Shown here: positions 17,054 to 25,350 of the stretch, in pieces
How positions within the stretch are numbered: the stretch's first letter is position 1
How the letters are laid out: each line of letters starts with the position of its first letter
Virus record (IMG/VR): IMGVR_UViG_3300037586_000906
Coordinates: 1 to 25,518 of that record
Origin: a virus
Taxonomy: Duplodnaviria; Caudoviricetes
Reading direction: 5' to 3' (one strand)
DNA: 25,518 bases
Notes under the pieces: model-generated
Seen by the model: only the letters and a program-made list of their open reading frames with translations
Database searches by the model: none
Told to the model about the DNA's origin: nothing
Made by a program: the position numbers and the translations under genes

Positions 17054-17201
17054 ACGGCTTATGCCGTATTTAATAAATGGACAAGTTTTTAGCTGTACGT
17101 TGCTAACGAGGTGAGTTTGACGTTCTCCAACGACCGTGAGTTTGACGCTCTCCAGCGTAATTTTACGCCTTCCGGCGAAGCTTTAAGTCTTCCGACTTAA
17201 A
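17054..17201 (-). promoter_or_regulatory. Array of six short hairpins in the MCP leader, four with GGAA/GGAG tetraloops
   Basis: Minus strand: TTTAAGTC-GGAA-GACTTAAA (17182-17201), CGCC-GGAA-GGCG (17166-17177), CGCT-GGAG-AGCG (17146-17157), CGTT-GGAG-AACG (17121-17132), CGTT-AGC-AACG (17098-17108), ACGGC-ATAA-GCCGT (17054-17067). Confidence 0.8.
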
Positions 17202-17229
17202 AAAAGGGAGGACAGGGGGTATCCTCCCT
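17199..17229 (-). terminator. Intrinsic terminator/attenuator upstream of MCP
   Basis: Minus strand AGGGAGGA-TACCCCCTG-TCCTCCCT, running into a 7-T tract. Confidence 0.75.
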
Positions 17230-17263
17230 AAAGCACATATAAAGAAAACAACTTTCAATTAAC

Positions 17264-17291
17264 ACTATAGACGAATGAAGTCATGTGTCAA
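17264..17291 (-). promoter_or_regulatory. Sigma70-type promoter facing MCP
   Basis: TTGACA (17291-17286), 16-nt spacer, TATAGT (17269-17264); the -35 box overlaps the scaffold stop codon. Confidence 0.7.
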
Positions 17292-18175
17292 TGTCTTTTA
17301 GGCACGACCTCATCATCCCAGTGTTTATCAAATTCAGCATCTGACATCTTCTCAATAGCTTTTAATGCCGAAGACTCCTCTGCTGCTCCACCGGTAAGGG
17401 ACTGTGCAGCCTGTGCGCCAGCGGCAAGTCTTTCGACTTTCTGGTCTGATGTCTCTCCGGATGCAGCTTCGCCTGGTTTATATCCCCAGGAAGTGACCAG
17501 GTTGGATACCATCTGTCCAGGGTTGACCCCTTGCTGTAAGGCTGACAGACCCAATTGGAAGCACTCATTCTGAAAGGCTTGCTCATGTTGCTCTTTCGGG
17601 TAACCAAGGGCGGCATACTCTTTCATACGATGCTCTTTGGCAAACTCCATCTTATTGATATAGTCAGGGTCTGTTTCACGATGCTGATCGACTTGTGTGC
17701 CAATGGCGGCTGAGATACGGACATATTCGTCCTGCTGCTCCTTTTGCTCGGCAGCACTATCAAGACGTTGAGTTATCTCTTCCTGCCGCTCCTTGAGGTA
17801 TTCTGCCGGGTTTGCTTCATATTGTTGGGTGGCCTGCACTTCTGCCGCATGTTTACTCTGCTCTTCTTCGGCTTGCTTGTCTTTTCTGTATGCATCGAGT
17901 GGACCTTTTAATTCATTGAAGTTGGTTGTCATTTCCTGGAGTTGTGCCTCCATGGACTGACGTTTCCCACGCTCCTCCTTCATGGCGATCTTCATATTCT
18001 CGTACTTGCTCTGCTCTGTTTCAGGCGGGGTTTCAGCTTCTGCAGCTATATCGACCGCAGGCTTATCCCCATCCTCTTCTACTGGAGTTTCAGGAAGATC
18101 GGGTGGGTTTTCTGCACTGACAGGCGGTGGCGCATCGTCAGCAAAAGGTTCTGACAAAGGGTCTGGGTTATTCAT
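17288..18175 (-). CDS. Capsid scaffolding protein
   Basis: 295 aa; acidic/Pro-rich N-terminus, coiled coil (MKEERGKRQ), C-terminal IEKMSDAEFDK; lies between portal and MCP; GGAGG SD. Confidence 0.85.
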   Translation of the reverse strand: MNNPDPLSEPFADDAPPPVSAENPPDLPETPVEEDGDKPAVDIAAEAETPPETEQSKYENMKIAMKEERGKRQSMEAQLQEMTTNFNELKGPLDAYRKDKQAEEEQSKHAAEVQATQQYEANPAEYLKERQEEITQRLDSAAEQKEQQDEYVRISAAIGTQVDQHRETDPDYINKMEFAKEHRMKEYAALGYPKEQHEQAFQNECFQLGLSALQQGVNPGQMVSNLVTSWGYKPGEAASGETSDQKVERLAAGAQAAQSLTGGAAEESSALKAIEKMSDAEFDKHWDDEVVPKRH

Positions 18176-18193
18176 TGGTTCCTCCGGTTTTGT

Positions 18194-18346
18194 TTAGTGG
18201 CGTTTATCTAGGTTTTGAGGAAGAGACTCAGTTTTAGCATGTTTACCTTTCGGTTCATTCTTGGACTGCGTTTCTCCATCGGACTTTCTATTCCCGCCTT
18301 GTGGGGCGTTTTCTGTGGATTGCTTTACGTTTTTACCATCAGCCAT
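18194..18346 (-). CDS. Small hydrophilic protein, 50 aa (missing from the ORF track)
   Basis: MADGKNVKQSTENAPQGGNRKSDGETQSKNEPKGKHAKTESLPQNLDKRH; GGAGGT SD; overlaps the portal stop and fills the gap to the scaffold gene. Confidence 0.65.
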   Translation of the reverse strand: MADGKNVKQSTENAPQGGNRKSDGETQSKNEPKGKHAKTESLPQNLDKRH

Positions 18347-20378
18347 CTTTGTTACCTCCGGCTTTGTGTTTAGCAGCTTCAGACTGCAGTTTAGCCACTT
18401 CTAAGTCAGTGACATTCTCGTGGACAGTGACCTGGGCTTTCATGCCCATTTCCTGTTGTTTTAACTCTAATTCGATTGCTTTAAGGCGCAACTCTTCCTG
18501 TTTGATAGCAGCATCTAACTGCATTTCCTGTATCTGGATAGCATGCTTTTGCTCTTCTGCCATGGCAACTCGCTCTTGTTTCTGTGCGTCTGCCTGCATC
18601 TTCATCTCATCCTGCTTGGCTTTCAATTCAGCCTGCTTCATCTGCGACTGTATTTTCATCTGCTCAAGCTGGACTTTTGGATCAGGAGCCTCTTCTTTCG
18701 GTGCAAGTGCCTGCTTCCACTTCTCAATGAGAGTATTCGGGAAAGGCATGTATTCAACGATGTCAGGCGGGATAGGTACATTGGCCTGTGCCAGTGTCGG
18801 GGCAAGTTGCATCATTATTCTAAGCACTTCCTGCCTCTGGTTTGGACTATTGGATACTTCATCGACAATAACGTCATAAGTGATAGTGTCATCGATAATA
18901 AGGGGCTGTTGTCTCTGTTGGCCGTCATCACCGGTTATCCGAATAAGTCTTCCGTCCGAGATAAACTTCTTCATCATGTCGAAAATGATGGGACCACGCT
19001 CCCTTGTGTGTCTGTGTTTAGCAGAGAATAGTGGCGCAAGGATAGTCAGACCTGCCTCTTTGCGGGACTCTTCCAGGACTCCAGGCTGGTTTCTGTCAGC
19101 CATTCCTATCATCTCTGGATTCATGCCGGATGTGTTTGGTACAGCATCGATGGCATAGTTCATCAGCCTATCGAGACCTGTTGGGAATACACCGGCATCT
19201 CTTTCTTGAATACCTGCCATGCCGCCACGGTTAAGTTTTATCATAGCGTCTGGTTTATTCCAATCTTCCTCTGCCTGCCTTGGGTCAGCCAAAGCAGTAG
19301 TCTCGACAAATGCCCCACCCTTTCTGTTTGAAGCAAGGATATACATGATGTCTGAGAAGAATTTATTGGAGAATTTCTGCGGGTCTTTGACTGCCCTGCC
19401 TATGCCGTACCATTGTTTCTTGTTTCTATCCCTCTTGGCGCACATTGCACGAAGCGTAAAGCCTTTATTGGAAGGTGCTTCGTTTTCCTGAATAACCTGA
19501 TCACCTGTCACATAAGTGTCATAATAATGACGCTCTGTACCTGGGACATACTTGATACCCATTTGGTCAAAACCGTCTTTAAGCTTACCGAATTTAGCAG
19601 CGGAAAGGGTCACCAGTTGTCCTGATTGTGGGTCAGATACTCTGTATACCTTCTTATCGAGATACCACTGACAACGTAATATCAGATATGCTTCAGGTTC
19701 CGGATAACCAACTCCGCTCTGGTCATTCTCATATTTCCATGCATTGGTTGCATTATGGGGCTCAACTCGATGCTCATCTTCATTAGACCAGTCAGGCGTG
19801 ACATCCTTAATTCTTGGCCATCTCTTCTCAGCATCTCTCCTTTCATAGCGTTTGGCATGGATAACATAGGTAGCATCGCCAAGATTGCGCTTCCTGGCAT
19901 TAACATCCCAATACATCTCCATTGGATCTATTCGCTCTGCAGTTATCAATTGACCTTCCGGGTCAATCTTGTAGTCCATCCTGGACTCAGTCCAACCCAT
20001 ACCACAAGTTATCATGTCATCAAAGGCATCTAACTCTTCGTCATTGGCACAGCATAGGTCATCTGCCCATCGGACAGCTTCATTCAAAAGGCCTGCCTGG
20101 GCGAGGTCATCATTGCCCCGGGGAAGGAAACGCATCTCCTTTTTGTTATTGGCGGCATAACCAATAATCGAGTCGAAGTATGGACCTACCCGATTCATTA
20201 CAATCGGAATACGCCTCTTCTCATTCAACTCAGCAATTTCTGTCTCCGTCCACTGGTTACCAGCACGGAGGTCAAACATCTCCTTGGCCTCATCACGCCA
20301 CTTTTTACTATCGTCTCTACATCCCTGATACCAACTCTGTATGGTTTGTCCGTCAATTTTGTTCTCTTCTTGTGCCAT
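18339..20378 (-). CDS. Portal protein, P22-like
   Basis: 679 aa; GNQW, IVMNRV, ITCGMGW, YGIGRAVKDPQKFSNK and YDVIVDE motifs; long Q/E/K coiled-coil barrel at the C-terminus. Confidence 0.92.
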   Translation of the reverse strand: MAQEENKIDGQTIQSWYQGCRDDSKKWRDEAKEMFDLRAGNQWTETEIAELNEKRRIPIVMNRVGPYFDSIIGYAANNKKEMRFLPRGNDDLAQAGLLNEAVRWADDLCCANDEELDAFDDMITCGMGWTESRMDYKIDPEGQLITAERIDPMEMYWDVNARKRNLGDATYVIHAKRYERRDAEKRWPRIKDVTPDWSNEDEHRVEPHNATNAWKYENDQSGVGYPEPEAYLILRCQWYLDKKVYRVSDPQSGQLVTLSAAKFGKLKDGFDQMGIKYVPGTERHYYDTYVTGDQVIQENEAPSNKGFTLRAMCAKRDRNKKQWYGIGRAVKDPQKFSNKFFSDIMYILASNRKGGAFVETTALADPRQAEEDWNKPDAMIKLNRGGMAGIQERDAGVFPTGLDRLMNYAIDAVPNTSGMNPEMIGMADRNQPGVLEESRKEAGLTILAPLFSAKHRHTRERGPIIFDMMKKFISDGRLIRITGDDGQQRQQPLIIDDTITYDVIVDEVSNSPNQRQEVLRIMMQLAPTLAQANVPIPPDIVEYMPFPNTLIEKWKQALAPKEEAPDPKVQLEQMKIQSQMKQAELKAKQDEMKMQADAQKQERVAMAEEQKHAIQIQEMQLDAAIKQEELRLKAIELELKQQEMGMKAQVTVHENVTDLEVAKLQSEAAKHKAGGNKDG

Positions 20379-20382
20379 TATG

Positions 20383-21540
20383 TTACTCCACTATCTTAAT
20401 CTTACTCTCATCGAACATGACTATATTGTGTGTTCCTTCACCAGCTTTTCTACTGCCTTGGTCAAAGTATTTTATGCCGGGGATTCCATACTGGTTTAAT
20501 AATTGTGATCCAGCACCTTCGGTATTCCTTCCTGCTAAACCCTCAATTCTGTCATAGATATGTCTCCCTTCCATATATTGAAATGGGCGTGGCAATTGGC
20601 TATGTTTAGCGATTGCCTCCACGCCCATATTACCTGGGTTGTCTGTAATAATTTTATTAACAGCCTCCCTCACCTTCTCAGGCTGCTCACTCAATGGCGC
20701 ATCCCAATCCAACAAATCCTCTTTATTTACATCTAACTCCACGTTGTATAACCCTTGCTCATGTGCGTCAAATATTGGAGTTAGTTCGTTATCAATAACC
20801 TCTCTCATTCTCTCAACACTGTCAGACTCGTATCCATTGTCCACAGTAAATCTTGATTTTATTTGTGATGGGTTTTTTCGTGAAAACATTGCGGCCTCGT
20901 ATACTGAGGCTGCATCGTAGTCTTCTGAATTAACGGCGCGATTATATTGCTCCATTAAATTTTCTTCATACTCTGTATTTCTTGGTGAATATGCTTTTGC
21001 TACATCCTCGCTCTCAGCAAAGTAAAGTCCATGCCCGTATGCTTGCGCTCCCTCACCCGTTCCTATCTTGTCCATACTGAATTTATCAAACTTGTGTGGG
21101 CTACCGTGAAAACCTTTTACCATTGCTCCTAGTCCTAGCAGAGGCTCCAGCCCTAACTTGCCACCCTTGAGGATTGTTCCTGGTCCTGGAGTGTCAAGGG
21201 ATGCCATCAGAAAATCTGTATATCCTTGTTTCTGACCTCTAGCCAGTTTGTCGGCATAGCTTGCTACTCCCCCTCCAATGATGTTTCCGAGGAAATTATC
21301 CTTTATCGATTGTGCGGCGTTGTAGAGTAATTCATGTTTAATCGGCGTAGCTTCACCTGATGAACGAGAAGGCATGTTTTCCAGCATCTCTTCCATCGTT
21401 CCCGGGAGTTGGGGAAATGTCGGGTCGGCCGCATTCTGAGCAACGCTTACCCACCTTTCCGCATTACCCATCATCTCATTTTCTCCGAGAAGGGAATTAA
21501 TATATTCAGGTAAGCCTTCCAAGGGGTTCATGCCGCCCAC
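20383..21540 (-). CDS. ADP-ribosyltransferase-fold (ART-PolyVal-like) domain protein
   Basis: FHGSPHKFDKFSMDKIGTGEGAQAYGHGLYFAES, LYNVEL, LLDWDAPL and GIPGIKYFD..NIVMFD motifs; about 140-aa unrelated N-terminal leader. Confidence 0.72.
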   Translation of the reverse strand: MGGMNPLEGLPEYINSLLGENEMMGNAERWVSVAQNAADPTFPQLPGTMEEMLENMPSRSSGEATPIKHELLYNAAQSIKDNFLGNIIGGGVASYADKLARGQKQGYTDFLMASLDTPGPGTILKGGKLGLEPLLGLGAMVKGFHGSPHKFDKFSMDKIGTGEGAQAYGHGLYFAESEDVAKAYSPRNTEYEENLMEQYNRAVNSEDYDAASVYEAAMFSRKNPSQIKSRFTVDNGYESDSVERMREVIDNELTPIFDAHEQGLYNVELDVNKEDLLDWDAPLSEQPEKVREAVNKIITDNPGNMGVEAIAKHSQLPRPFQYMEGRHIYDRIEGLAGRNTEGAGSQLLNQYGIPGIKYFDQGSRKAGEGTHNIVMFDESKIKIVE

Positions 21541-22949
21541 GCTTCTTTGTGTGAGGTTCCTCTTCTGCGTTTTTGGTATCTATCATGCTCCCTTCTACGC
21601 TCAGGCCCAGCGAATGTCAAGACAAAAGCATCAGCCATGTCAGGGGAAGCGACACCCCTTTCCAACATTTCTCTCTTCCCTTCAATCTGTATTTTACCAC
21701 TTGATGTGTACTTGTAGGTGACACATGTTAACTCTGCAGCTAAGTCTTCATCCTTCAAGGAGGTGTCTCTTTCTTCCAGCCATTCTCTTGCTCTCCACCA
21801 TAATTCTGCCCTGAGATTTGCGAATTGGCCTCGTCCTGAAGGGGCTTCACCAACATTGACAGCGATAACGGGCAGACCAAGCTCGAGTAGTCTATCAGCG
21901 ACCCCTGCTCCAAGCCCGATTGCGTCAACTGAGATGACTGACGGTCGCATGTCATAATCTGTTTCCTCCCATTCATGCATTGTCCAACCAGCTACCTCCA
22001 TGGTATCCCGTTGGGCAATAGTCTTTACTTCCATAATCTGGTTACCCCAGCGTTTCACAAGGGCAGTTTTACATTTACCATACCTGGCAACATCAAGTCC
22101 CCAGACAGGCATTTTATTCAATAAGGGCTTGACATCACGGATAGCAGCAGACTCTACTAAAGACAGTGGTATCACGCAGTCTTCATCAGCCAATGGAAAC
22201 TCGCCCAAGACCCTTACCCTGTATACGTTTGAGTCTTCACCGTACTTGAGTTTCATGTCCTCAACATACTGTGAGTCAACCTGGGAAGACTCCAGACAAG
22301 ATACCTTCCTGGTCCTCCAGCGATGCTTCATCCTGTGATGCGAGTCATAGAAATATCCGGATGTCCTTGTCGGGTTGGATGTCATGACAACCTTTGCCCC
22401 GCTTGTCGATAATGATCCTTCCGATACCTCAAATATCAAGTCATCCACACCACTGGACTCATCAATAATGAATAGCATATTCTTGGAGTGCAGTCCTTGT
22501 AATGCCTCGGGTTGCTCCTTCCTTGCAGTCTTAAAGGTGCAGAATGAGTCAGTCTTGGCTTTTCCATCCTTGAGTAGCAGCTTACCTTCCTTTAAGTCAA
22601 ATTCCTTCTTAAAGGCATTGGGCATACGTCTTAGCCAGTAGGTCAATTCAGCTATGAGCGCATCTTCTAATTGGTGTGATGTCGGAGCGGTAACCCCTAC
22701 CTTGGTCGGATAGCGGGTAGTCATAAACCAAAGTATTATCCATGACAGCCATGTGGTCTTTCCAACCCCATGGCCTGAGCGTATAGATATCCTGTCTTCA
22801 ACGGCCAAAGCGACTAACTCCTCTTCCTGCCATTTCTCCAGACCATTTGGGCATTCCTTTGTTTTTTGGGGTCGGAGTATTTCCTTTACGAAGTCGGCAG
22901 GATGGTTAGCATAATGCTCGAGTCTCTCTTTAGGGCTCGTCATCGACAC
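21528..22949 (-). CDS. terL: Terminase large subunit
   Basis: Walker A RSGHGVGKTT, Walker B LFIIDES, coupling motif TSNP, nuclease motifs WGLDVARYG and SPDMADA. Confidence 0.95.
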   Translation of the reverse strand: MSMTSPKERLEHYANHPADFVKEILRPQKTKECPNGLEKWQEEELVALAVEDRISIRSGHGVGKTTWLSWIILWFMTTRYPTKVGVTAPTSHQLEDALIAELTYWLRRMPNAFKKEFDLKEGKLLLKDGKAKTDSFCTFKTARKEQPEALQGLHSKNMLFIIDESSGVDDLIFEVSEGSLSTSGAKVVMTSNPTRTSGYFYDSHHRMKHRWRTRKVSCLESSQVDSQYVEDMKLKYGEDSNVYRVRVLGEFPLADEDCVIPLSLVESAAIRDVKPLLNKMPVWGLDVARYGKCKTALVKRWGNQIMEVKTIAQRDTMEVAGWTMHEWEETDYDMRPSVISVDAIGLGAGVADRLLELGLPVIAVNVGEAPSGRGQFANLRAELWWRAREWLEERDTSLKDEDLAAELTCVTYKYTSSGKIQIEGKREMLERGVASPDMADAFVLTFAGPERRREHDRYQKRRRGTSHKEAWAA

Positions 22950-23304
22950 TACTCAATATCTGTACCAGTGACAATTCCTTGACGTTTATGTCTCCCTCGA
23001 TGGCTCGTAGCTTCGGTTGGACAAACTCCAGTAGCTTCACCCAGATATCTGCTCTCATCTTGTCTGATATCTTGGCTGTATGCCCACATGTCTTGCAGGC
23101 ATCTTCAGCAGAGACAAGTTTCAGTATCTCCTCGCCAGGGTCGAGTCCCGCTCTTTCACAGGCCTCAATGACTCTATTGAATGCTCTGCCGGATATTGGC
23201 TTGGAGTGAGCTAAGGGCGGGTCTTTTCCTTGTTTGGCGGCAGCAAGGATTCTTCTAGTCCCTTCTTGAAGGCTTAGGGGGTTATGTTCCATGTGAAACG
23301 ACAC
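22930..23304 (-). CDS. Probable terminase small subunit
   Basis: 124 aa; overlaps the terL start; LLEFVQPKLRAIE C-terminal motif; internal CKTC. Confidence 0.65.
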   Translation of the reverse strand: MSFHMEHNPLSLQEGTRRILAAAKQGKDPPLAHSKPISGRAFNRVIEACERAGLDPGEEILKLVSAEDACKTCGHTAKISDKMRADIWVKLLEFVQPKLRAIEGDINVKELSLVQILSSVDDEP

Positions 23305-23351
23305 GTTTTGTATCCATCGCGGGAGTATAGTGGAAAATGAGGCTGCTACCT

Positions 23352-23381
23352 ATTATATTCTCCCCAAATAGTTCGCATAAA
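23352..23381 (-). promoter_or_regulatory. Possible promoter for the packaging genes
   Basis: Perfect TATAAT at 23357-23352 in an intergenic gap, but only a poor -35 (TTATGC). Confidence 0.35.
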
Positions 23382-23606
23382 TTAGTCATTTAAAAGGAAT
23401 GCTCTCCCAATAGCATTAAATGCTGCACAGTCCTGATATCCTGCCCAGGACGATGGGTTAGTCGTTTCCTTTTTTTCGTTATATTCTCTATTCTCATACT
23501 CCAGTTCTCCCTTCCTGACCTTGTGACCTCCGCTGTTGGAGCATTTGCGACTGCAATATCTGCGCTGCCTGCCAGTTAGTTCTTTTCCACATAAACAGTT
23601 ATTCAT
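23382..23606 (-). CDS. Small Cys4 zinc-finger-like protein
   Basis: CLCGKELTGRQRRYCSRKC; TAATG coupling and GGAGG SD. Confidence 0.7.
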   Translation of the reverse strand: MNNCLCGKELTGRQRRYCSRKCSNSGGHKVRKGELEYENREYNEKKETTNPSSWAGYQDCAAFNAIGRAFLLND

Positions 23607-23815
23607 TATTTTTCTACCTCCAAGTCATAATAAACAAAACCGCATTTCTTACAGAGTTGGTAATAACGCCCTTCGCCTGGTGGATAACCTGACCGCCGTA
23701 TGTCATTGTCCAGCATTACGCCACAATTAAACTTCGCCCTCGGAATAGGAGTCGGGCATATTTTCGGGTGTGCTGATAGCGTTATTGGTATTGGTTTGTA
23801 GTTCCTGTCTTTCAT
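23606..23815 (-). CDS. Small Cys-containing (Zn-ribbon-like) protein
   Basis: 69 aa with CP..., CG and CKKCG; GAGGT SD. Confidence 0.6.
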   Translation of the reverse strand: MKDRNYKPIPITLSAHPKICPTPIPRAKFNCGVMLDNDIRRSGYPPGEGRYYQLCKKCGFVYYDLEVEK

Positions 23816-23850
23816 TTTTTCTCTACCTCTATCAGGCTATTGCGCATTTA

Positions 23851-23985
23851 CTACCAAGTTACACAAAAGGTTAATCCGGCAGCGAATAGCCAGTACAGAC
23901 ACATTCGCCAATTGCCCTGTACCAGATATGGGACAGAGGCGCAGACATCAAGCACTATCAATACTGTCGGGAATACTTTTTCCAT
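23851..23985 (-). CDS. Small membrane protein, 44 aa (missing from the ORF track)
   Basis: MEKVFPTVLIVLDVCASVPYLVQGNWRMCLYWLFAAGLTFCVTW; two hydrophobic segments; TAATG overlap at 23985; GAGGT SD. Confidence 0.7.
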   Translation of the reverse strand: MEKVFPTVLIVLDVCASVPYLVQGNWRMCLYWLFAAGLTFCVTW

Positions 23986-24242
23986 TAATTATCTTGCACC
24001 TCAATTACCCAGCGTTTACGAACGCAGGATTGTAAAATAACACTCTCTCCACCTGAACCACCATCCTCCGTGAGAGAGTCGTGTACTACTATCCTTATGT
24101 CATCCTCATCTACCAAATACCCTATTGTCCTTGCCACTACTGACTTGGATTTTTTAGGGTCGTCTATCCACCCAGCATCTCCTGAATGGTCGTCCCATTC
24201 TATTTCTACTAGCGGATAGTCCTTGAATGTCACCCGTACCAC
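23985..24242 (-). CDS. Small acidic beta-rich phage protein
   Basis: YPLVEIEWDD..GW and ARTIGYLV motifs, a recurring small phage family; overlaps the phosphoesterase stop. Confidence 0.65.
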   Translation of the reverse strand: MVRVTFKDYPLVEIEWDDHSGDAGWIDDPKKSKSVVARTIGYLVDEDDIRIVVHDSLTEDGGSGGESVILQSCVRKRWVIEVQDN

Positions 24243-25195
24243 TTGCCCTGATGGTATATCTTACCCCAATGCTTATGTTTCTTATCAATGACTAATGGGC
24301 AAAGGGAAGGTATAATAATATTCCCTGATACTTGGATATGCGCACAACCCGGTTGCCAATCGACAGAGTTATTTTCCATATAGGCAAAACACTCATCCCA
24401 CAGGTCAGATAATGTGCCGGTCTTAACCCCATAACGTGTACCAGAATAGTCTGTCCATGGACGTATATTTAGCTTATGGTCATGAGCAGTAGCAATATTT
24501 TTCCCACCTCTTAGCACATCATTGTAGCTAGAGTGCATACCAGTATGCCAGCGATGTTTGACTATCAAGGTATCATTAAAGGTTGCACTTAGCCCTATCC
24601 GCCAGCCCTTCAGATGATGCTCTAATTTTGAGCCGGGAACATTTTGCAACTCAGGAATACAGTTCGATAGTTTGCCATCAAAGCGCATATCGTGATTGCC
24701 CAATAAAAATATCCTCTTTGACTTTGGGGATGCTTTTTTAATCTGGTCAAGGCAATTAGTACCGGACTCTAGTTCGTCAGCGATACTGGGTTGCTCCGCC
24801 CAGCCAATGCGATGGAACCTGCCAATAGAAGGGAAGTCATACCAGTCCCCGTTAACAACGACATACTTCGGTTTAGCATCTTCAACTAAATGCAGGAAGG
24901 CTTTAAAGGCTTGTGGCTCGTGTCCTGGCAGGTTGTGCTTATCAGAAGCTATTAGGATGTCGTAATCTCTGGTGAGGTGGGTGTCGATATTTTCAAAGGT
25001 GGGAAAGTTGCTTGCTTTCATTGACTGATGGGAATGTAAAACAACCCCCATTTCCTTTTCCACCCTCCTTCGTCTGTCCAGGGCATTGCGGGTATACTTG
25101 AGATTTAAACGCTTGGCAACCTCTCTTACTGAGTCAGAACTTTCCCAAACATGGATAAATTCTCGTCCATCTTCCGGTCGCATTCGATTAACCAT
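24230..25195 (-). CDS. Calcineurin-like metallophosphoesterase with an N-terminal HTH-like region
   Basis: All five metal-binding motifs: SDKH, GDWYD, GNHD, KH, AHDH; N-terminal SVREVAKRLNL; likely start ATG at 25195 with GGAG SD (track start 25207). Confidence 0.88.
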   Translation of the reverse strand: MVNRMRPEDGREFIHVWESSDSVREVAKRLNLKYTRNALDRRRRVEKEMGVVLHSHQSMKASNFPTFENIDTHLTRDYDILIASDKHNLPGHEPQAFKAFLHLVEDAKPKYVVVNGDWYDFPSIGRFHRIGWAEQPSIADELESGTNCLDQIKKASPKSKRIFLLGNHDMRFDGKLSNCIPELQNVPGSKLEHHLKGWRIGLSATFNDTLIVKHRWHTGMHSSYNDVLRGGKNIATAHDHKLNIRPWTDYSGTRYGVKTGTLSDLWDECFAYMENNSVDWQPGCAHIQVSGNIIIPSLCPLVIDKKHKHWGKIYHQGKWYG

Positions 25196-25226
25196 ATCAC
25201 ACTCCAATTTACAATAGTGACATATC

Positions 25227-25235
25227 AGTATAGCA
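25227..25235 (-). promoter_or_regulatory. Possible extended -10 promoter
   Basis: TGCTATACT about 30 nt upstream of the phosphoesterase start, preceded by an AT-rich tract. Confidence 0.4.
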
Positions 25236-25325
25236 AATGGTTGTTTTTATTCATCTTTTACTTCGGATTGTAGCGTTTCCGATATTTAATATATTAATAT
25301 ATATTTATTTACCGTAATACCCTCT

Positions 25326-25350
25326 AAAAAAGACCTCTGGCCTGAGGTCT
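25326..25350 (-). terminator. Intrinsic terminator after the methyltransferase unit
   Basis: AGACCTC-AGGCCA-GAGGTCT followed by a T run on the minus strand. Confidence 0.65.

Noticed and set aside
17111-17157. 22-bp direct repeats as a mini-CRISPR array
   Set aside because: Only two copies, 3 nt apart, with no spacer-length sequence and no cas genes.
17054-17201. Hairpins as N4 virion-RNAP promoters
   Set aside because: No giant vRNAP gene lies among the internal virion genes here, the loops are mostly 4 nt, and an N4-gp56-like capsid alone does not make the phage N4-like.
41-24965. The many plus-strand ORFs and nested minus-strand ORFs in the track
   Set aside because: Nearly all overlap well-supported, coupled minus-strand genes and show no recognisable motifs; treated as shadow frames.
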